A DNA stretch of 64,000 bases from Candidatus Doriopsillibacter californiensis (GTDB lineage: Bacteria > Pseudomonadota > Gammaproteobacteria > Tethybacterales > Persebacteraceae): contig JANQAO010000004.1 of assembly GCA_030386295.1 (NCBI GenBank), forward strand, positions 11,131-75,130. Direction: 5' to 3'. The position numbers were made by a program, and so were the translations under genes. The notes under the pieces are model-generated. The model saw nothing but the letters and a program-made list of their open reading frames with translations. It did no database searches and was not told the origin of the DNA. Positions within the stretch are counted from its first letter, which is position 1. Each line of letters starts with the position of its first letter. Shown piece after piece: positions 40,601 through 52,984 of this stretch.

Positions 40601-42006
40601 AAGGCGAGCGCCAACTTACACCGGAAGAAAAGTTATTGCGTGCTGTTTTTGGTGAGAAAGCTGCCGATGTCAAGGACACATCATTGCGGATGCCGCCGGG
40701 AGCATCAGGTGTGGTGATTGATGTCAGAGTGTTTACCGGTGATGAGGCCAAAAAGAAGAAGAAGAAAAGCGGTAGCCGAGTTGCCAATATTCAAGACAGT
40801 GAAATCAAGGAATTTGCCCGCAACCAATCCGAAACTTTGCAAATTTTGGAAGAAGATGCCATCGTTCGCATTCGTGGACTGGTCAAAGGTAAAAAAGCCG
40901 CTGCTGCGATTGGCACTGTCATAAAAAGCAACGAGGTTTTGACCGATGTGCGGTTGAAGGCACTAAGCTCGGAACAATGGTCCAAAATTCGCGTTCAGGA
41001 TGAAAAAATAAATAGCGAAATTGAGGGCATTGAAAAATCGCTGAATGAAGTGCGCACCAAACAAAAAGAGGAATACAAAGCCTATAGCCAGAAAATACGT
41101 GAAGGACATGTGTTACCACAGGGTATTTTAAAAACTATCAAAGTATATATTGCTATTAAGCGCAATTTGCAAGTTGGTGACAAAATGGCGGGACGTCACG
41201 GTAATAAAGGTGTGGTGTCAAAAATTGTACCAATGGAAAGCATGCCCTATCTCAAAGACGGTACGCCGGTAGATGTGGTGCTGAGTCCGCTGGGGGTGCC
41301 GTCTCGAATGAACGTAGGACAGATTTTGGAAACCAATTTGGGTCTGGCTGCTAAAGGTCTGGGTAATAAAATTACGAGTCTGTTGCAAGAAGAAAAAGAA
41401 AATCAAGTAAAAGAAATTCGATCGTTCTTAGGTAAGGTGTTCAAAAATGATGTGCGGTTTGAAGACAAAAAATTGACTGATGATGAAGTAATTGAAATGG
41501 CGTCAAACTTGAAAAAAGGAGTGCCGTTTGCTACCCCGATTTTTGATGGTGCTTCTGAAGACGATATTGGCAATATGTTGGAGCTGGCTGATTTACCGCG
41601 CAATGGACAGATGACGCTGTACGATGGTTACTCAGGTGAGCAATTTGAGCGGCCAGTGACCGTGGGATGTATGTATATGCTTAAGTTGCACCATCTGGTG
41701 GACGAAAAAATGCATGCGCGTTCCACAGGACCTTATTCTTTAGTCACTCAGCAACCGTTGGGCGGGAAGGCTCAGCGTGGCGGGCAACGCTTTGGTGAGA
41801 TGGAGGTGTGGGCGCTGGAGGCTTATGGCGCAGCTTACACATTGTGTGAGATGTTGACCGTAAAATCGGATGATGTTTTCTGGCGGGCAAAGATGTTTGA
41901 AGGAATTACTGAGGATGATTTCCGACTTAAAAGCGGCGTTCCGGAATCATTTAGCGTCTTGGTGCAGGAAATTCGCGCCATGGGCATAGATATGGATTTT
42001 GAATAG
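37681..42006 (+). CDS. rpoB: DNA-directed RNA polymerase subunit beta
   Basis: 1441 aa. The start MNLTYNEKKRPRRSF aligns with the E. coli N-terminus. Conserved throughout, and about 100 aa longer than E. coli because of a lineage-specific insertion after KFNRRL. Confidence 0.95.
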   Translation: MNLTYNEKKRPRRSFASQSAMTTIPPLVQLQKHSYVGFLQKDTPQNERALQGLQNAFHSVFPIESSSGAVVLEFKQYELRDPVYTVQECKLRGLTYQASVYALIDMVMYDKKGGSVKETKEELVYMGELPLMTNDGSFVINGTERVVVSQLHRSPGVFFEHDSGRNTTTGKYLYNARVIPYSGAWLDFEFDKRDVLYFRIDRRRKMPVTILLKALRYTKESILRHFYEFEKFDLGKEPGQATYQLQGKFLLNVSLPFDICDAKGKVVVNKAQRIKKIDVTRLADSEGTFHSIPEAFLHGRRLAADIFSADGELLAKINAEIDEALLADLRGAGIQQLETLYINEFDCGPFIAQTLALDEKLDEDMSRTAIYRMLRPGDPPNNEVVNSYLDTVFHDSSVYDLSRVGRMKFNRRLYPDRPPMEYRVVLSDQSGKSVNKTVSQAVMPLLVETGCFADKDAAAEYLEYVKKYGGKRPLIENLTREQADKIAATLSKALPCEVSRQTTLSRSDVLKVVKYLVDLRNGKEKTDDIDSLSNRRVRAVGEFIENHYRQGLQRVNRAIRDRLSRAEVDDLMPHNLISAKAISSSVAEFFNGNQLSQFMDQTNPLSEITHKRRVSAFGVGGLNRDRVGFEVRDVHPSHYGRVCPIETPEGPNIGLINSMSLYASVNEYGFLQTPYVHVRNGVVTDKVVNLSAIDEAGCVIAPATSKRDSKGRFVDKLVSARRDGEYILCFAEEVDYIDVAPSQISSVAASLVPFIEHDDANRALMGSNMQRQGVPCLVPEKPLVGTGLERLVVNDSGSVIQAARGGVVSYVDSNRIAVRAAAKEIRSGESGVDIYNLFRHTRSNQNTDISHRPIVREGDNIAAGDVIADGSCTDLGELALGQNLLVAFLPWNGYNFEDSILISEKVAIEERFSSIHIIEEIVHARSTQLGDEEITSDIPHQSDASLVNLDSEGIVHVGMEVKPGDILVGKITPKGERQLTPEEKLLRAVFGEKAADVKDTSLRMPPGASGVVIDVRVFTGDEAKKKKKKSGSRVANIQDSEIKEFARNQSETLQILEEDAIVRIRGLVKGKKAAAAIGTVIKSNEVLTDVRLKALSSEQWSKIRVQDEKINSEIEGIEKSLNEVRTKQKEEYKAYSQKIREGHVLPQGILKTIKVYIAIKRNLQVGDKMAGRHGNKGVVSKIVPMESMPYLKDGTPVDVVLSPLGVPSRMNVGQILETNLGLAAKGLGNKITSLLQEEKENQVKEIRSFLGKVFKNDVRFEDKKLTDDEVIEMASNLKKGVPFATPIFDGASEDDIGNMLELADLPRNGQMTLYDGYSGEQFERPVTVGCMYMLKLHHLVDEKMHARSTGPYSLVTQQPLGGKAQRGGQRFGEMEVWALEAYGAAYTLCEMLTVKSDDVFWRAKMFEGITEDDFRLKSGVPESFSVLVQEIRAMGIDMDFE

Positions 42007-42015
42007 GAGATAGTC

Positions 42016-45000
42016 ATGCAAAAACAAAACCTTTTTGGTATTTTAGAAGGTGCCGACAAAAAAGAGAACTTTTCGGCGATCTGTCTAAATTTGGCTTCCC
42101 CAGAAAAAATTCGCTCGTGGTCTTACGGCGAAGTCAAAGTTCCGGAAACAATTAATTACCGCACATTTCGTCCCGAAGTAGGTGGTCTATTTTGTGCCAA
42201 AATTTTTGGTCCGACCAAAGATTATGAATGCATTTGTGGCAAGTACAAACGCATGAAATTTCGCGGTGTGGTTTGCGAAAAATGTGGCGTTGAAGTGACA
42301 TTGACGCGGGTGCGTCGTGAGCGCATGGGGCACATTAATTTAGCTAGCCCAGTAGCGCACATTCTTTTCTTCAAAGCGTTGCCGTCACGCATCGGGTTGA
42401 TTTTGGATTTGACCATGCGTGATATTGAGCGCATTCTATATTTTGAAACTTATGTAGTGATTGACCCGCAGCGTGTTGCTGAGTTAGAGCGCGGGCAGTT
42501 ATTAAGTGTGGAACAATATCAACAAATGGCGGCCCGATATCCGGGTGGTTTTCGTGTTGGTATTGGTGCCGAAGGAGTTCGTGATTTTCTCAAAGAGACC
42601 GACTTGGACACAGAGGCAGAAATATTGCGCGATGAGATTAGCGGTAGCAATTCCGAAACCCGTAGTAAAAAAATATACAAGCGTTTAAAACTAATTGAGC
42701 ATTTTCGCCGCGCTAAATTGCGCCCAGAATGGATGATGCTTGAATCGTTACCTGTGCTACCGCCAGATTTACGACCATTAGTGCAATTAGAAGGTGGGCG
42801 CTTTACGACCTCCGACTTGAATGATTTATATCGGCGAGTAATCAACCGTAACAATCGCTTAAAGCGGTTGATGGAGTTGGATGCGCCAGAAGTTATTATC
42901 AACAACGAAAAACGAATGTTGCAAGAATCAGTTGATTCTTTGTTGGACAATGGTCGTCGCGGTAAGCCTTCAGTGGGTGTTAATCGCCGACCGTTAAAGT
43001 CTGTTGTTGACATTATCAAAGGTAAATCTGGACGGTTTCGGCAAAATTTGCTGGGCAAGCGTGTGGATTTTTCTGGACGTTCAGTTATTGTTGTCGGTCC
43101 GGATCTTAAACTGCATCAATGCGGTCTTCCAAAGCAGATGGCGCTTACGCTTTTTCGCCCCTTTGTGTTTAACAAATTAATTGCACACGGTTATGCCACT
43201 AGCATAAAACAGGCACGAGCGATGGTGGAAAGTGCCGACCCGCAGGTGTGGGCGGCTCTGGATGAAGTCATTTCTCAGCATCCGGTCATGCTCAACCGTG
43301 CGCCGACACTGCACCGGTTGGGTGTGCAAGCGTTTGAGCCGGTATTGATTGAAGGTAAGGCAATTCAGCTGCATCCTTTGGTTTGTGTGGCATTTAATGC
43401 CGATTTTGACGGTGACCAAATGGCCGTGCATGTGCCACTTTCTATTGAGGCACAAACCGAAGCTCGGGTGTTGATGCTGTCATCCAACAATATCTTGGCA
43501 CCAGCTAATGGTGAACCGATTATCGTACCAACACAGGATGTGGTTTTGGGACTGTACTACGCGACTCGCGAGCGCGAAGACGCTCCGGGCGCTGGCATGA
43601 AATTCGTTGACATTTCCGAAGTGGAGCGGGCACTGGCGGCAGATGTGGTGTCTTTGCAAACTCCTATCGAAATGCTGATGGAAAATCCCATGCTTGCTCC
43701 TCGTGATGAGCATGAAGGTAGCTTAGAACTGGTTAAAACAACTGTCGGGAGAGCGCTGGTCAAGCGATTTTTGCCTAGTAATTTGCCGTTTTCGATGATT
43801 AACAAGACGCTCAAAAAGCGCGATATTACTCAATTAATTAAAGTTACTTTTCGTACCTGTGGTCAGCGAGATACAGTGATTTTCTGCGATACATTAATGC
43901 GCTTTGGTTTTGAAAAAGCTACTCGTGCAGGGATTTCGGTGTGTATGGAGGATATGATTATTCCTGCAAAAAAAGCGGATATTATCGCCGACACAGAGAA
44001 CAAAATTCGGGAAACGCATCAACAGTATCAAAACGGATTACTTACTGATGATGAGCGCTATAACAAATCTGTTGACTTGTGGGACAAGGCGGGTGAAGAA
44101 GTTAGTCGTGTGATGATGGAAAGTATTTCTCACGAGTCTGTAATCAAAGCTGGTAAGCCAGTTTTAGATAACGGTGGACGGGAAGTCAAGCGAGAATCAA
44201 TGAATTCTATTTACATGATGGCAGATTCGGGTGCGCGTGGTTCGGAAACGCAAATCAAGCAGCTGGCTGGTATGCGAGGGTTGATGACCAAGCCTGATGG
44301 GCGCATTATGGAAAATGCTATTACCGCTAATTTCCGCGAAGGATTGTCTGTTTTGCAATACTTTGTTTCCACCCATGGTGCGCGCAAAGGATTGTCGGAT
44401 ACGGCACTTAAAACCGCGAATTCTGGATATCTTACCCGCCGGTTGGTAGATGTAACGCAAGATATTGTAATTACTGAGACTGATTGCGAGTCCAATGAAG
44501 GGATTTCACTACGTCCGTTGCTCAAGGATGGGGAAATTGTTGTCGTGCTCAAAGACCGTATTATGGGACGCACTTTGGCAGCGGATGTGTTGCATCCACA
44601 GACTGGCAAGGTGGTGTACGAAAGTAGTGTATTTGTCACTGAAAACGAAGCCGATATTATTGCTGAGGCTGGGGTAGATGAAGTTATTGTGCGTAGCCCA
44701 GTGACTTGTCGTACTCGTTACGGCTTGTGTGCTAAATGTTATGGTCGCGATTTGGGGCGTGACGGTCTTGTTCGGTTAGGTGAGGCAGTGGGTGTTGTGG
44801 CCGCTCAATCTATTGGTGAGCCGGGAACACAGCTAACTATGCGCACCTTTCATATCGGCGGCGCGGCATCACGTGAAGTGGTATCACGTACGGTGGAAGC
44901 CAGAAATAACGGTGTATTGCGGTTAAACTCGGTGCGTTATGTTGCCAATGCCGAAGGCGACTTGGTGGTGGTATCGCGTAGCGGTGAAATGTTGGTTCAG

Positions 45001-46260
45001 GAGGCGAATGGCCGTGAACGCGAACGTTATCGGCTACAGTATGGTCAGGTTCTGAAAGTTAAAGAAGGCGAAAAAGTGAAGGCGGGCCAAATTTTGTCAC
45101 AGCGCGATCCTATGACGCGACAAATTATTGCCGAATACGAAGGTAAGGCTAAGCTGGAAAACCTAGAAATGGGCGTGAATGCGCGCGAACAAACTGATGA
45201 GATGACTGGTATTTCAGTGGTTATTATCATTGAAAACAAACAAGGCGCAAAAAAAGCCAAACAGCCACAAGTTAAATTTATTGATGAGCAAGGTGAGGAA
45301 GTTAAAGTTATCGGCACCGACACACCAATTACGATTTCATTACCTCCCGGAGCGACACTTTCATTGCGAGACGGGCAATCGGTACGCATCGGGGATAGCA
45401 TTGCCAAAATTCCTCAAAAAGCAGCTAAAAGTCGTGATATTACTGGTGGCTTGCCGAGAGTGGCAGAATTATTTGAAGCGCGTGAGCCCAAAGAGCCGGC
45501 GATTTTAGCCAGTGCATCAGGGCGGGTATCATTGCGAGGAATGCAGCGTGGAAAGCAAGTACTGGTTATCGTTGATGACAAAGGTAAAGAGAGTGTGCAT
45601 CTTGTTCCCAAGGGGCGCACTATTTTGGTGCAGGATGGAAGCTCAATTAACCGTGGCGAAGAGATTGTGGACGGCGATAACAATCCGCATGAAATTCTTG
45701 CGATGCGGGGAGTTGAGTCTTTGGTAGAGCATATGGTAAACGAAGTACAGGAAGTTTATCGCTTACAAGGTGTGAACATTAACGACAAGCATATTGAAGT
45801 GATTATTCACCAAATGTTGCGTTGTGTGGTGATTTCTGAATCAGGGGATTCGCACTATATTAATGGTGATCAAGTAATGTATTCCGAACTGGCAGGCGTT
45901 AATGATGAGTTGGAGGCAGCGGGCAAAAAAATAGCATCCTATCGGCACATTTTGCTTGGCATTACTAAAGCATCACTGGCAACAAATTCATTTATTTCTG
46001 CTGCATCTTTCCAAGAAACATCACGTGTTCTCACCGAGGCAGCTGTTGCTGGGCGCAAGGATTATTTGCGTGGATTAAAGGAAAACGTTATCGTTGGTCG
46101 TTTAGTGCCAGCAGGTACCGGTTTTATTCATTACCAAAAACAAAAAGAGCGCAATGCTGAGGCTGAGGCAGAAATGATGATGCGTGAAGAATTGGCAGCG
46201 ATGGAAGAAAATAACGAGAACCCTCCTTCCGTTGAGGAAGAAGCGGCAGATAGTGCATAA
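42016..46260 (+). CDS. rpoC: DNA-directed RNA polymerase subunit beta prime
   Basis: 1414 aa, collinear with E. coli RpoC, including the zinc-finger Cys residues, [14 protein letters not shown] and the C-terminal acidic tail. Confidence 0.95.
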   Translation: MQKQNLFGILEGADKKENFSAICLNLASPEKIRSWSYGEVKVPETINYRTFRPEVGGLFCAKIFGPTKDYECICGKYKRMKFRGVVCEKCGVEVTLTRVRRERMGHINLASPVAHILFFKALPSRIGLILDLTMRDIERILYFETYVVIDPQRVAELERGQLLSVEQYQQMAARYPGGFRVGIGAEGVRDFLKETDLDTEAEILRDEISGSNSETRSKKIYKRLKLIEHFRRAKLRPEWMMLESLPVLPPDLRPLVQLEGGRFTTSDLNDLYRRVINRNNRLKRLMELDAPEVIINNEKRMLQESVDSLLDNGRRGKPSVGVNRRPLKSVVDIIKGKSGRFRQNLLGKRVDFSGRSVIVVGPDLKLHQCGLPKQMALTLFRPFVFNKLIAHGYATSIKQARAMVESADPQVWAALDEVISQHPVMLNRAPTLHRLGVQAFEPVLIEGKAIQLHPLVCVAFNADFDGDQMAVHVPLSIEAQTEARVLMLSSNNILAPANGEPIIVPTQDVVLGLYYATREREDAPGAGMKFVDISEVERALAADVVSLQTPIEMLMENPMLAPRDEHEGSLELVKTTVGRALVKRFLPSNLPFSMINKTLKKRDITQLIKVTFRTCGQRDTVIFCDTLMRFGFEKATRAGISVCMEDMIIPAKKADIIADTENKIRETHQQYQNGLLTDDERYNKSVDLWDKAGEEVSRVMMESISHESVIKAGKPVLDNGGREVKRESMNSIYMMADSGARGSETQIKQLAGMRGLMTKPDGRIMENAITANFREGLSVLQYFVSTHGARKGLSDTALKTANSGYLTRRLVDVTQDIVITETDCESNEGISLRPLLKDGEIVVVLKDRIMGRTLAADVLHPQTGKVVYESSVFVTENEADIIAEAGVDEVIVRSPVTCRTRYGLCAKCYGRDLGRDGLVRLGEAVGVVAAQSIGEPGTQLTMRTFHIGGAASREVVSRTVEARNNGVLRLNSVRYVANAEGDLVVVSRSGEMLVQEANGRERERYRLQYGQVLKVKEGEKVKAGQILSQRDPMTRQIIAEYEGKAKLENLEMGVNAREQTDEMTGISVVIIIENKQGAKKAKQPQVKFIDEQGEEVKVIGTDTPITISLPPGATLSLRDGQSVRIGDSIAKIPQKAAKSRDITGGLPRVAELFEAREPKEPAILASASGRVSLRGMQRGKQVLVIVDDKGKESVHLVPKGRTILVQDGSSINRGEEIVDGDNNPHEILAMRGVESLVEHMVNEVQEVYRLQGVNINDKHIEVIIHQMLRCVVISESGDSHYINGDQVMYSELAGVNDELEAAGKKIASYRHILLGITKASLATNSFISAASFQETSRVLTEAAVAGRKDYLRGLKENVIVGRLVPAGTGFIHYQKQKERNAEAEAEMMMREELAAMEENNENPPSVEEEAADSA

Positions 46261-46276
46261 GGAAAATGAGTGCGAG

Positions 46277-46304
46277 TGCCGCTATTGCGGCATTCGGTTA
46301 TTTG
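46277..46304. terminator. bidirectional intrinsic terminator between convergent rpoC and proV-like genes
   Basis: The stem TGCCGC-TATT-GCGGCA (6 bp) is followed by ttcggttatttgtt. It overlaps the last codons of the minus-strand ATPase gene. Confidence 0.4.
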
Positions 46305-47341
46305 TTAGCGCTTAAATATAGGGAGATATTTTTTCCTGTGATGTGACCGCGGATATTGCCGTCGTTATCTACGACTTCAACACTGTCATATTCTCCACTC
46401 AGCAAGTGAGGTAAGAATAATTCAATATTAGTGTCTTCATGCGCCCTATAGGGGCGCTGCGCAGAAGTGCTAGATTCTTCTGCGTTGCTAAGGTTAGTCA
46501 TAATAGTTTTGGCGCGCAATACTTTGAGACGATTGACGTCTTTGACAAAATCGGCAACATATTTATCCGCTGGGCGGACGATGATGTCTTCAGGTTTGTC
46601 ATTTTGGACTAAATTACCATCCTTGAGAATGCTGATGCAATCACCTAATCGCAATGCTTCGTCTAAGTCGTGGGTAATAAAGACGATTGTTTTATGAAGT
46701 TCAGACTGTAATTGCAATAACATGTCTTGCATGTCTTTGCGAATCAGTGGGTCAAGAGCGCTGAAAGCTTCGTCCATGAGTAGTATGCCGGCGTCATTGC
46801 ACAGTGCGCGAGCCAATCCTACCCGTTGTTGCATTCCGCCGGATAGTTGTTGTGGATAATGTTTTTCAAAGCCGGACAGACCGACGCGGTCAATCCAAAT
46901 TTGGGCTTTTTTATGAGAATCGGAGATGCTGACGCCTTGAATTTGCAAGCCAAAAGATACGTTTTCAATAATAGTTTTGTGCGGTAACAGAGCGAATTTT
47001 TGAAAAACCATTGCTGTTTCACTACGGCGAAATTTCAGTAATTGTTTTTTATCTAGTGAGAGTATATCAACATCACCTATTATCAAACTGCCAGCAGTAG
47101 GGTTTATGAGGCGATTGATATGACGAATTAACGTTGATTTTCCAGATCCGGATAGTCCCATTACGACATGAATGGTTCGCTCATATATGTTCAAGTTAAT
47201 ATTATTTAACCCCAGCACATGATTATTTTTTTCTAGTAAATCTTCTTTGCTGAGGTCTTTTTTGACAAGTTTAACCATTTTTTCCGGAGACGCGCCAAAA
47301 ATTTTATATAGCGACTTAATGGCGATTTTAATATCAGCCAT
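46298..47341 (-). CDS. glycine betaine/proline-type ABC transporter ATP-binding protein (ProV/OpuAA-like, C-terminal CBS region)
   Basis: Walker A GLSGSGKST, the LSGGMQQRVGLARAL signature and Walker B LLMDEAFSALD. The start was chosen at MADIKIAIKSLY (8-nt overlap with the permease) rather than the 47413 extension. Confidence 0.8.
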   Translation of the reverse strand: MADIKIAIKSLYKIFGASPEKMVKLVKKDLSKEDLLEKNNHVLGLNNINLNIYERTIHVVMGLSGSGKSTLIRHINRLINPTAGSLIIGDVDILSLDKKQLLKFRRSETAMVFQKFALLPHKTIIENVSFGLQIQGVSISDSHKKAQIWIDRVGLSGFEKHYPQQLSGGMQQRVGLARALCNDAGILLMDEAFSALDPLIRKDMQDMLLQLQSELHKTIVFITHDLDEALRLGDCISILKDGNLVQNDKPEDIIVRPADKYVADFVKDVNRLKVLRAKTIMTNLSNAEESSTSAQRPYRAHEDTNIELFLPHLLSGEYDSVEVVDNDGNIRGHITGKNISLYLSANK

Positions 47342-48236
47342 TAACGGCCCCATACAAATGTTTTTGAATACGCTTGCCATAGGATTGGGAAACGCGGTCA
47401 AAAATAATCGCAAGTGCTACGATGGCAAGACCATTAAAAACACCCAAGGTAAAATACTGGTTGGTAATTGCTTTGAGCACTGGTTGTCCCAACCCTTTTA
47501 CACCGATCATGGATGCAATGACCACCATGGCTAGTGCCATCATAATAGTCTGGTTAATGCCAGCAAAAATAGTTGGTAGTGCTAATGGGAATTGCACTCG
47601 AGTTAGTTTCTGCCAGGTGTTGGCGCCGAAAGCATCCGCGGCCTCTAGTACTTCTTTGTCTACTAAGCGGATTCCGAGATTGGTTAATCGAATTACTGGC
47701 GGAATAGCGTAAATTATCACGGCAATAACTCCCGGAACTTTGCCGATGCCTAATAGCATGACAATGGGGATGAGATAGACAAAAGAGGGCATCGTTTGCA
47801 TAATATCTAGAACGGGCGTAATAGCGGATTGAGCCCGGTCGGATCGAGCCATCGCAATACCAATCGGGATGCCCAAAGAAACAGCCATGAATGTGCATAC
47901 GACAATGATGCTGATGGTGCGCATGGTATTGTCCCACATGCCAAAATAGCCGATAGCGAAAAAAGATAAAATAACTCCGACTACTACTTTCTTACTGTGG
48001 CTTCCTAAATAGGCTAATACACAGAAAACGATAATCAATATTGGCCAAGGAGTGGCAATTAGCAGTTTTTCAAAAAAAACCAAAAACTGCAATAAAGGAT
48101 CAAAAAAAGATTCAATTCCCTCACCATACTCGCGAGAGAAATTTTTATAACTGGCATCAATACTTTTTTTTATTGAGCGTAATAGCTCAACATCCATTTC
48201 TGGAAAATCAAAAAAAACGTTGTTTTTTTCAGCCAT
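47334..48236 (-). CDS. ABC transporter permease (ProW/OpuAB-like)
   Basis: 300 aa with 6 TM helices and the permease EAA-like loop. Confidence 0.8.
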   Translation of the reverse strand: MAEKNNVFFDFPEMDVELLRSIKKSIDASYKNFSREYGEGIESFFDPLLQFLVFFEKLLIATPWPILIIVFCVLAYLGSHSKKVVVGVILSFFAIGYFGMWDNTMRTISIIVVCTFMAVSLGIPIGIAMARSDRAQSAITPVLDIMQTMPSFVYLIPIVMLLGIGKVPGVIAVIIYAIPPVIRLTNLGIRLVDKEVLEAADAFGANTWQKLTRVQFPLALPTIFAGINQTIMMALAMVVIASMIGVKGLGQPVLKAITNQYFTLGVFNGLAIVALAIIFDRVSQSYGKRIQKHLYGAVNG

Positions 48237-48284
48237 AAGTATAAAAACCCGCCGATTATTGATTGGCGGGCTTTTAATAAAAAA

Positions 48285-49298
48285 TTAAAGAGCTGCTTTA
48301 ATATTGGTGGCAACTTTAGCAGATACCCACTTGGACCAAATATCTTCATTATTTTTTAGAAAATGTTCGGCTGCTTCTTCGCCTGTTGCTTGATTATCAT
48401 CCATCCATTTCAAAAATTTGTTCATGAAATCATTTTTAAAGCCGCGGTTGGCAAGATAAGCATAAGCTTCTGGGGATTTTCCTTTTAATTCGGTAGTGGT
48501 AACGGTGAATACTTCGGAAAGTGACCACGCGTTTGGTTTGGGGGCAGGGCAATCAAGGATTGTCGTGCATTTGTCCCATTCCTCTTTGTCATGTGATACT
48601 TCAAAATCTACTTTGACCATGTCGAATTTACCAAGAAAAGCTGTTGGTGCCCAGTAGTATCCAAACCAAGGTTCACCGCGCTCATAGGCTTTGGCTAGTG
48701 AGCCGTCCAATCCTGCTGAGGACCCCGGATCTCCGAGAACAAATCCTGCTTCTTCTAGATCAAAAGCATTGTATAAATTACCAGTCGTAATCTGGCAATT
48801 CCAACCAGCGGGGCAACCCATTAATAGACCTTGTGACTTGTCTTCGGGATTGGGGAACAGTTTAGCGTTTCTTTTAATTCCAGAAATGGTGGCCAATTCG
48901 GGATTTTTGTCTACCATATAGCGAGGTACCCAAAAACCTTCTTCACCACCTTCTAGCAACGAACGTCCGGCATATTCCAATCGTCCTTCAGATACTGATT
49001 TGTCCAGCGCTTCTTTGAGGGCGTTTACCCAGAGTTCTGGAGCTACATCAGGCTCACCTTTTTCTGCCATGGAGGTGCCTGTGGGCATTGTGTCGCCGGG
49101 GACCAGTTCCACTTCACAGCCTAATCCGGATTCTAAAATCATTTTATCCATGTGCGCCATAAAAGTTGCGGACGCCCAGTTCATGTCGGCAATTACGATT
49201 TTTCCACAAGCTGCGCTTGCGGGTAACACCGAAAATGTGGCAACCATAAGGATAGTTGCTAAAAAGATTTTATTTATGTAACCAATAAGGAATTTCAT
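48285..49298 (-). CDS. ABC transporter periplasmic substrate-binding protein (glycine betaine/choline ProX/OpuAC family)
   Basis: 337 aa with a signal peptide. Resembles ProX-type binding proteins (GCPAGWNC and aromatic-rich segments). It is first in the operon, so the order is X-W-V. Confidence 0.7.
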   Translation of the reverse strand: MKFLIGYINKIFLATILMVATFSVLPASAACGKIVIADMNWASATFMAHMDKMILESGLGCEVELVPGDTMPTGTSMAEKGEPDVAPELWVNALKEALDKSVSEGRLEYAGRSLLEGGEEGFWVPRYMVDKNPELATISGIKRNAKLFPNPEDKSQGLLMGCPAGWNCQITTGNLYNAFDLEEAGFVLGDPGSSAGLDGSLAKAYERGEPWFGYYWAPTAFLGKFDMVKVDFEVSHDKEEWDKCTTILDCPAPKPNAWSLSEVFTVTTTELKGKSPEAYAYLANRGFKNDFMNKFLKWMDDNQATGEEAAEHFLKNNEDIWSKWVSAKVATNIKAAL

Positions 49299-49733
49299 TT
49301 TTTCTCCTGCTATTTGTAATGTATAACGAAAAAATTATACATACATGTAAGTTATTCACCAAGTCGTGTGATGGAGGCATAGTACATGAGACAGACGAAA
49401 AGGAATTATGAAATGCTAGCTACATTGCCGTAATCCGTAAATCTCCTAAAAAAGACACGCTTCTAGCGAGAATCTTCTATAGGATATGGTTAATGAATAT
49501 TTTACGAGTGTGAAATATTGCCTAAACTCATAAAATTGTATTTTACGATTCAATCTCGTTTATCTTGGCTTGGTTGTATAGCCATCAGAATAGACGCGGA
49601 AAAAAATACGATAAATTAAAAACTAAAATTATTAAAAATCAAACATAACCGGTATGAGCGGACGCCGAGGGAAACGAATTTTTTAATTTTCTTTGCAAAA
49701 AATAAAAAAAAGTCGTTTCTTTCTTGGAATGGT

Positions 49734-51284
<1,551 letters not shown>

Positions 51285-51632
51285 GAGAATGAATGGTTGG
51301 CGTCATTTTTTACTGTTATACCGATGCGAAAAATATCCGCATCCGCAAGATTGCAAGACGCCGATTTCTTGTGTCCAAGTCGGCGTCCGCGCATACTGGC
51401 TGTGTTGATTGTTAATGAACTTTCTTGCGTTGCGGCAAGATACGGGATTATATACACAAATCAAAGAAAAACAATGTGTTTTTTGGCAATAATTTATTTT
51501 CATGACAATTCTATTTTTTCGTAACCGAAAGTAAAGCGGTTATATTCTGTTTTCGGAGTTTTCTTTGATGATTTTTGTTTTTTTTAGGGGAGGTTACGCA
51601 CAACGTTATATAGTGCGGAGTATAATTTTTTT
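51285..51632 (-). promoter_or_regulatory. 16S leader and promoter region (AT-rich; weak -35 TTGTTT / -10 TATAAT candidate around 51448-51474 on the minus strand)
   Basis: The region is AT-rich. The minus strand reads ...cacaTTGTTTttctttgatttgtgTATAATccc. The spacer is only 14 nt, so the exact promoter is uncertain. Confidence 0.3.
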
Positions 51633-52460
51633 ATGAAAACGGCAGCGCTTATGCGGACAGTTATTGCCGCGCTTCTGCCGGTTGTGGTGGCAGCTATATA
51701 TGAACGCGGAGCTGGTGCATTGTTGCAGGTAGTGCTGGCGATTGGTGGTTGTTTGCTGTTTGAAACACTGTGTCTCGTTTGGCGGCGACAGCCGGTAACA
51801 GCAACCTTAGTGGACGGTACTGCTATTGTGGCAGGAATAATTATAGGTCTTTCATTGCCGCCACTGACGCCTTGGTATGTGTCGATTGCGGCAAGCGCGT
51901 TTGCTATGGTGCTGGCTAAACATTGCTACGGTGGGTTGGGCAATAATCCTTTCAATCCTGCTATGGCTGGTTATGCTTTAGCACTGGTGTCTTTTCCGGC
52001 AGACTTTGATGGCTGGGCAACGGCGTCGGTACTAAATGTTGTTTTTGGTGGTGCTGATGCCATTAGTAGTCCTACTCCGCTTACCGCCAGACAAATGGGT
52101 GTGGCAGTACCTGTAATAACGATTATTTTTCCACTATCGTGCATTATCGGAGGGGCTATTTTATTTCTGAGGCGAGCGGCAGATTGGCGGCTGACATCAG
52201 CTTTTTTACTGGGAGTGGTGCTGGTGGGCGGTGCAGATACGCTATTGGCGGGTGGTACGCTGCTGGCTGCATTTTTTGTGATTACTGACCCAGCTACTGC
52301 TGCTGTTACCGTACGTGGCAAGTGGTTATATGGATTAACGGCAGGTGCATTAGTTGTATGGCTACGCGCCGATGGACAGCATACCGATGGCATTGCTTTT
52401 GCCATTCTTATTTGTAACATGCTGGCACCACTTATGGATAGAATAGTGCGATGGCGCTGA
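51633..52460 (+). CDS. RnfD/NqrB-family membrane protein (shortened, 275 aa)
   Basis: Collinear with E. coli RsxD over VLKLRKQ..TLKDNSALLTG..SIPPLAPWW..AKQLYGGLGQNPFNPAM. The site equivalent to the covalent-FMN threonine is present, ISSPTPLT versus E. coli ISQATPLDT. It is about 75 aa shorter than canonical RnfD. Confidence 0.7.
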   Translation: MKTAALMRTVIAALLPVVVAAIYERGAGALLQVVLAIGGCLLFETLCLVWRRQPVTATLVDGTAIVAGIIIGLSLPPLTPWYVSIAASAFAMVLAKHCYGGLGNNPFNPAMAGYALALVSFPADFDGWATASVLNVVFGGADAISSPTPLTARQMGVAVPVITIIFPLSCIIGGAILFLRRAADWRLTSAFLLGVVLVGGADTLLAGGTLLAAFFVITDPATAAVTVRGKWLYGLTAGALVVWLRADGQHTDGIAFAILICNMLAPLMDRIVRWR

Positions 52461-52972
52461 AACACGCAGGAGCATTGGCAGTGTCGTTAGCGTTAGCATT
52501 AGCCACATTGTCGGGACTTCATGCTTTATGGGAAGATACCATTCATAACAATCGGTTAAATTATGAACAAGAATTAGTGAATGAGGCACTGCAGAACACG
52601 CCGTATGATAATGATATTATTTCGACTAGACAATCCATTCTCGTTGTTTTCCCGACGGCAACTATTAATGTCGTGTGGAAAGCCGTTTATAAAAATCAAT
52701 TGACGGCAGTGGTTGTCAAAGCTGTAGCACAGGGATACGGCGGTGATATTATTTTTATTATTGCTTATAATTTGCGAGGTGAGAGACTTGGTGCTCGTAT
52801 CGTCCAACATCGTGAAACTCCAGGTATTGGTGATTTTTTACATTCACGTGGTGGAGCTTTGCGTGCTATTGACGGTGTTAGTAGTGCGACTATTACTTCA
52901 AACGCTGTGGCTGATGCAGCAGCCGATATTGCAGATTGGGTGCGCGATAATACCGTCATGCTTTTTAACTAA
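52451..52972 (+). CDS. RnfG/NqrC-family FMN-binding protein
   Basis: 173 aa with an N-terminal TM anchor. It has RETPGIGD and DGVSSATITSNAV, which correspond to the TPGLGD and S(G/S)AT covalent-FMN motifs of RnfG. It overlaps the RnfD-like stop (ATGGCGCTGA). Confidence 0.65.
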   Translation: MALKHAGALAVSLALALATLSGLHALWEDTIHNNRLNYEQELVNEALQNTPYDNDIISTRQSILVVFPTATINVVWKAVYKNQLTAVVVKAVAQGYGGDIIFIIAYNLRGERLGARIVQHRETPGIGDFLHSRGGALRAIDGVSSATITSNAVADAAADIADWVRDNTVMLFN

Positions 52973-52984
52973 TCGGATTTTTTC

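Noticed and set aside
40750-40776. A/G-rich tract encoding KKKKKK in rpoB, considered as a possible slippage or frameshift site
   Set aside because: The tract is interrupted (aaaaagaagaagaagaaaag), the reading frame is continuous, and conserved RpoB sequence lies on both sides. It is an ordinary lysine-rich linker in the dispensable region.
37951-46000. Dozens of 60-180-aa antisense or out-of-frame ORFs inside rpoB, rpoC and other long genes in the six-frame track
   Set aside because: They lie fully inside strongly conserved coding sequences on the opposite strand or in an alternate frame. They have no start context and biased low-complexity composition. They are treated as spurious.
51440-51480. 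Precise 16S promoter call (TTGTTT-N14-TATAAT on the minus strand)
   Set aside because: The 14-nt spacer is suboptimal and no better -35/-10 pair is obvious. Only the broad leader region is reported.
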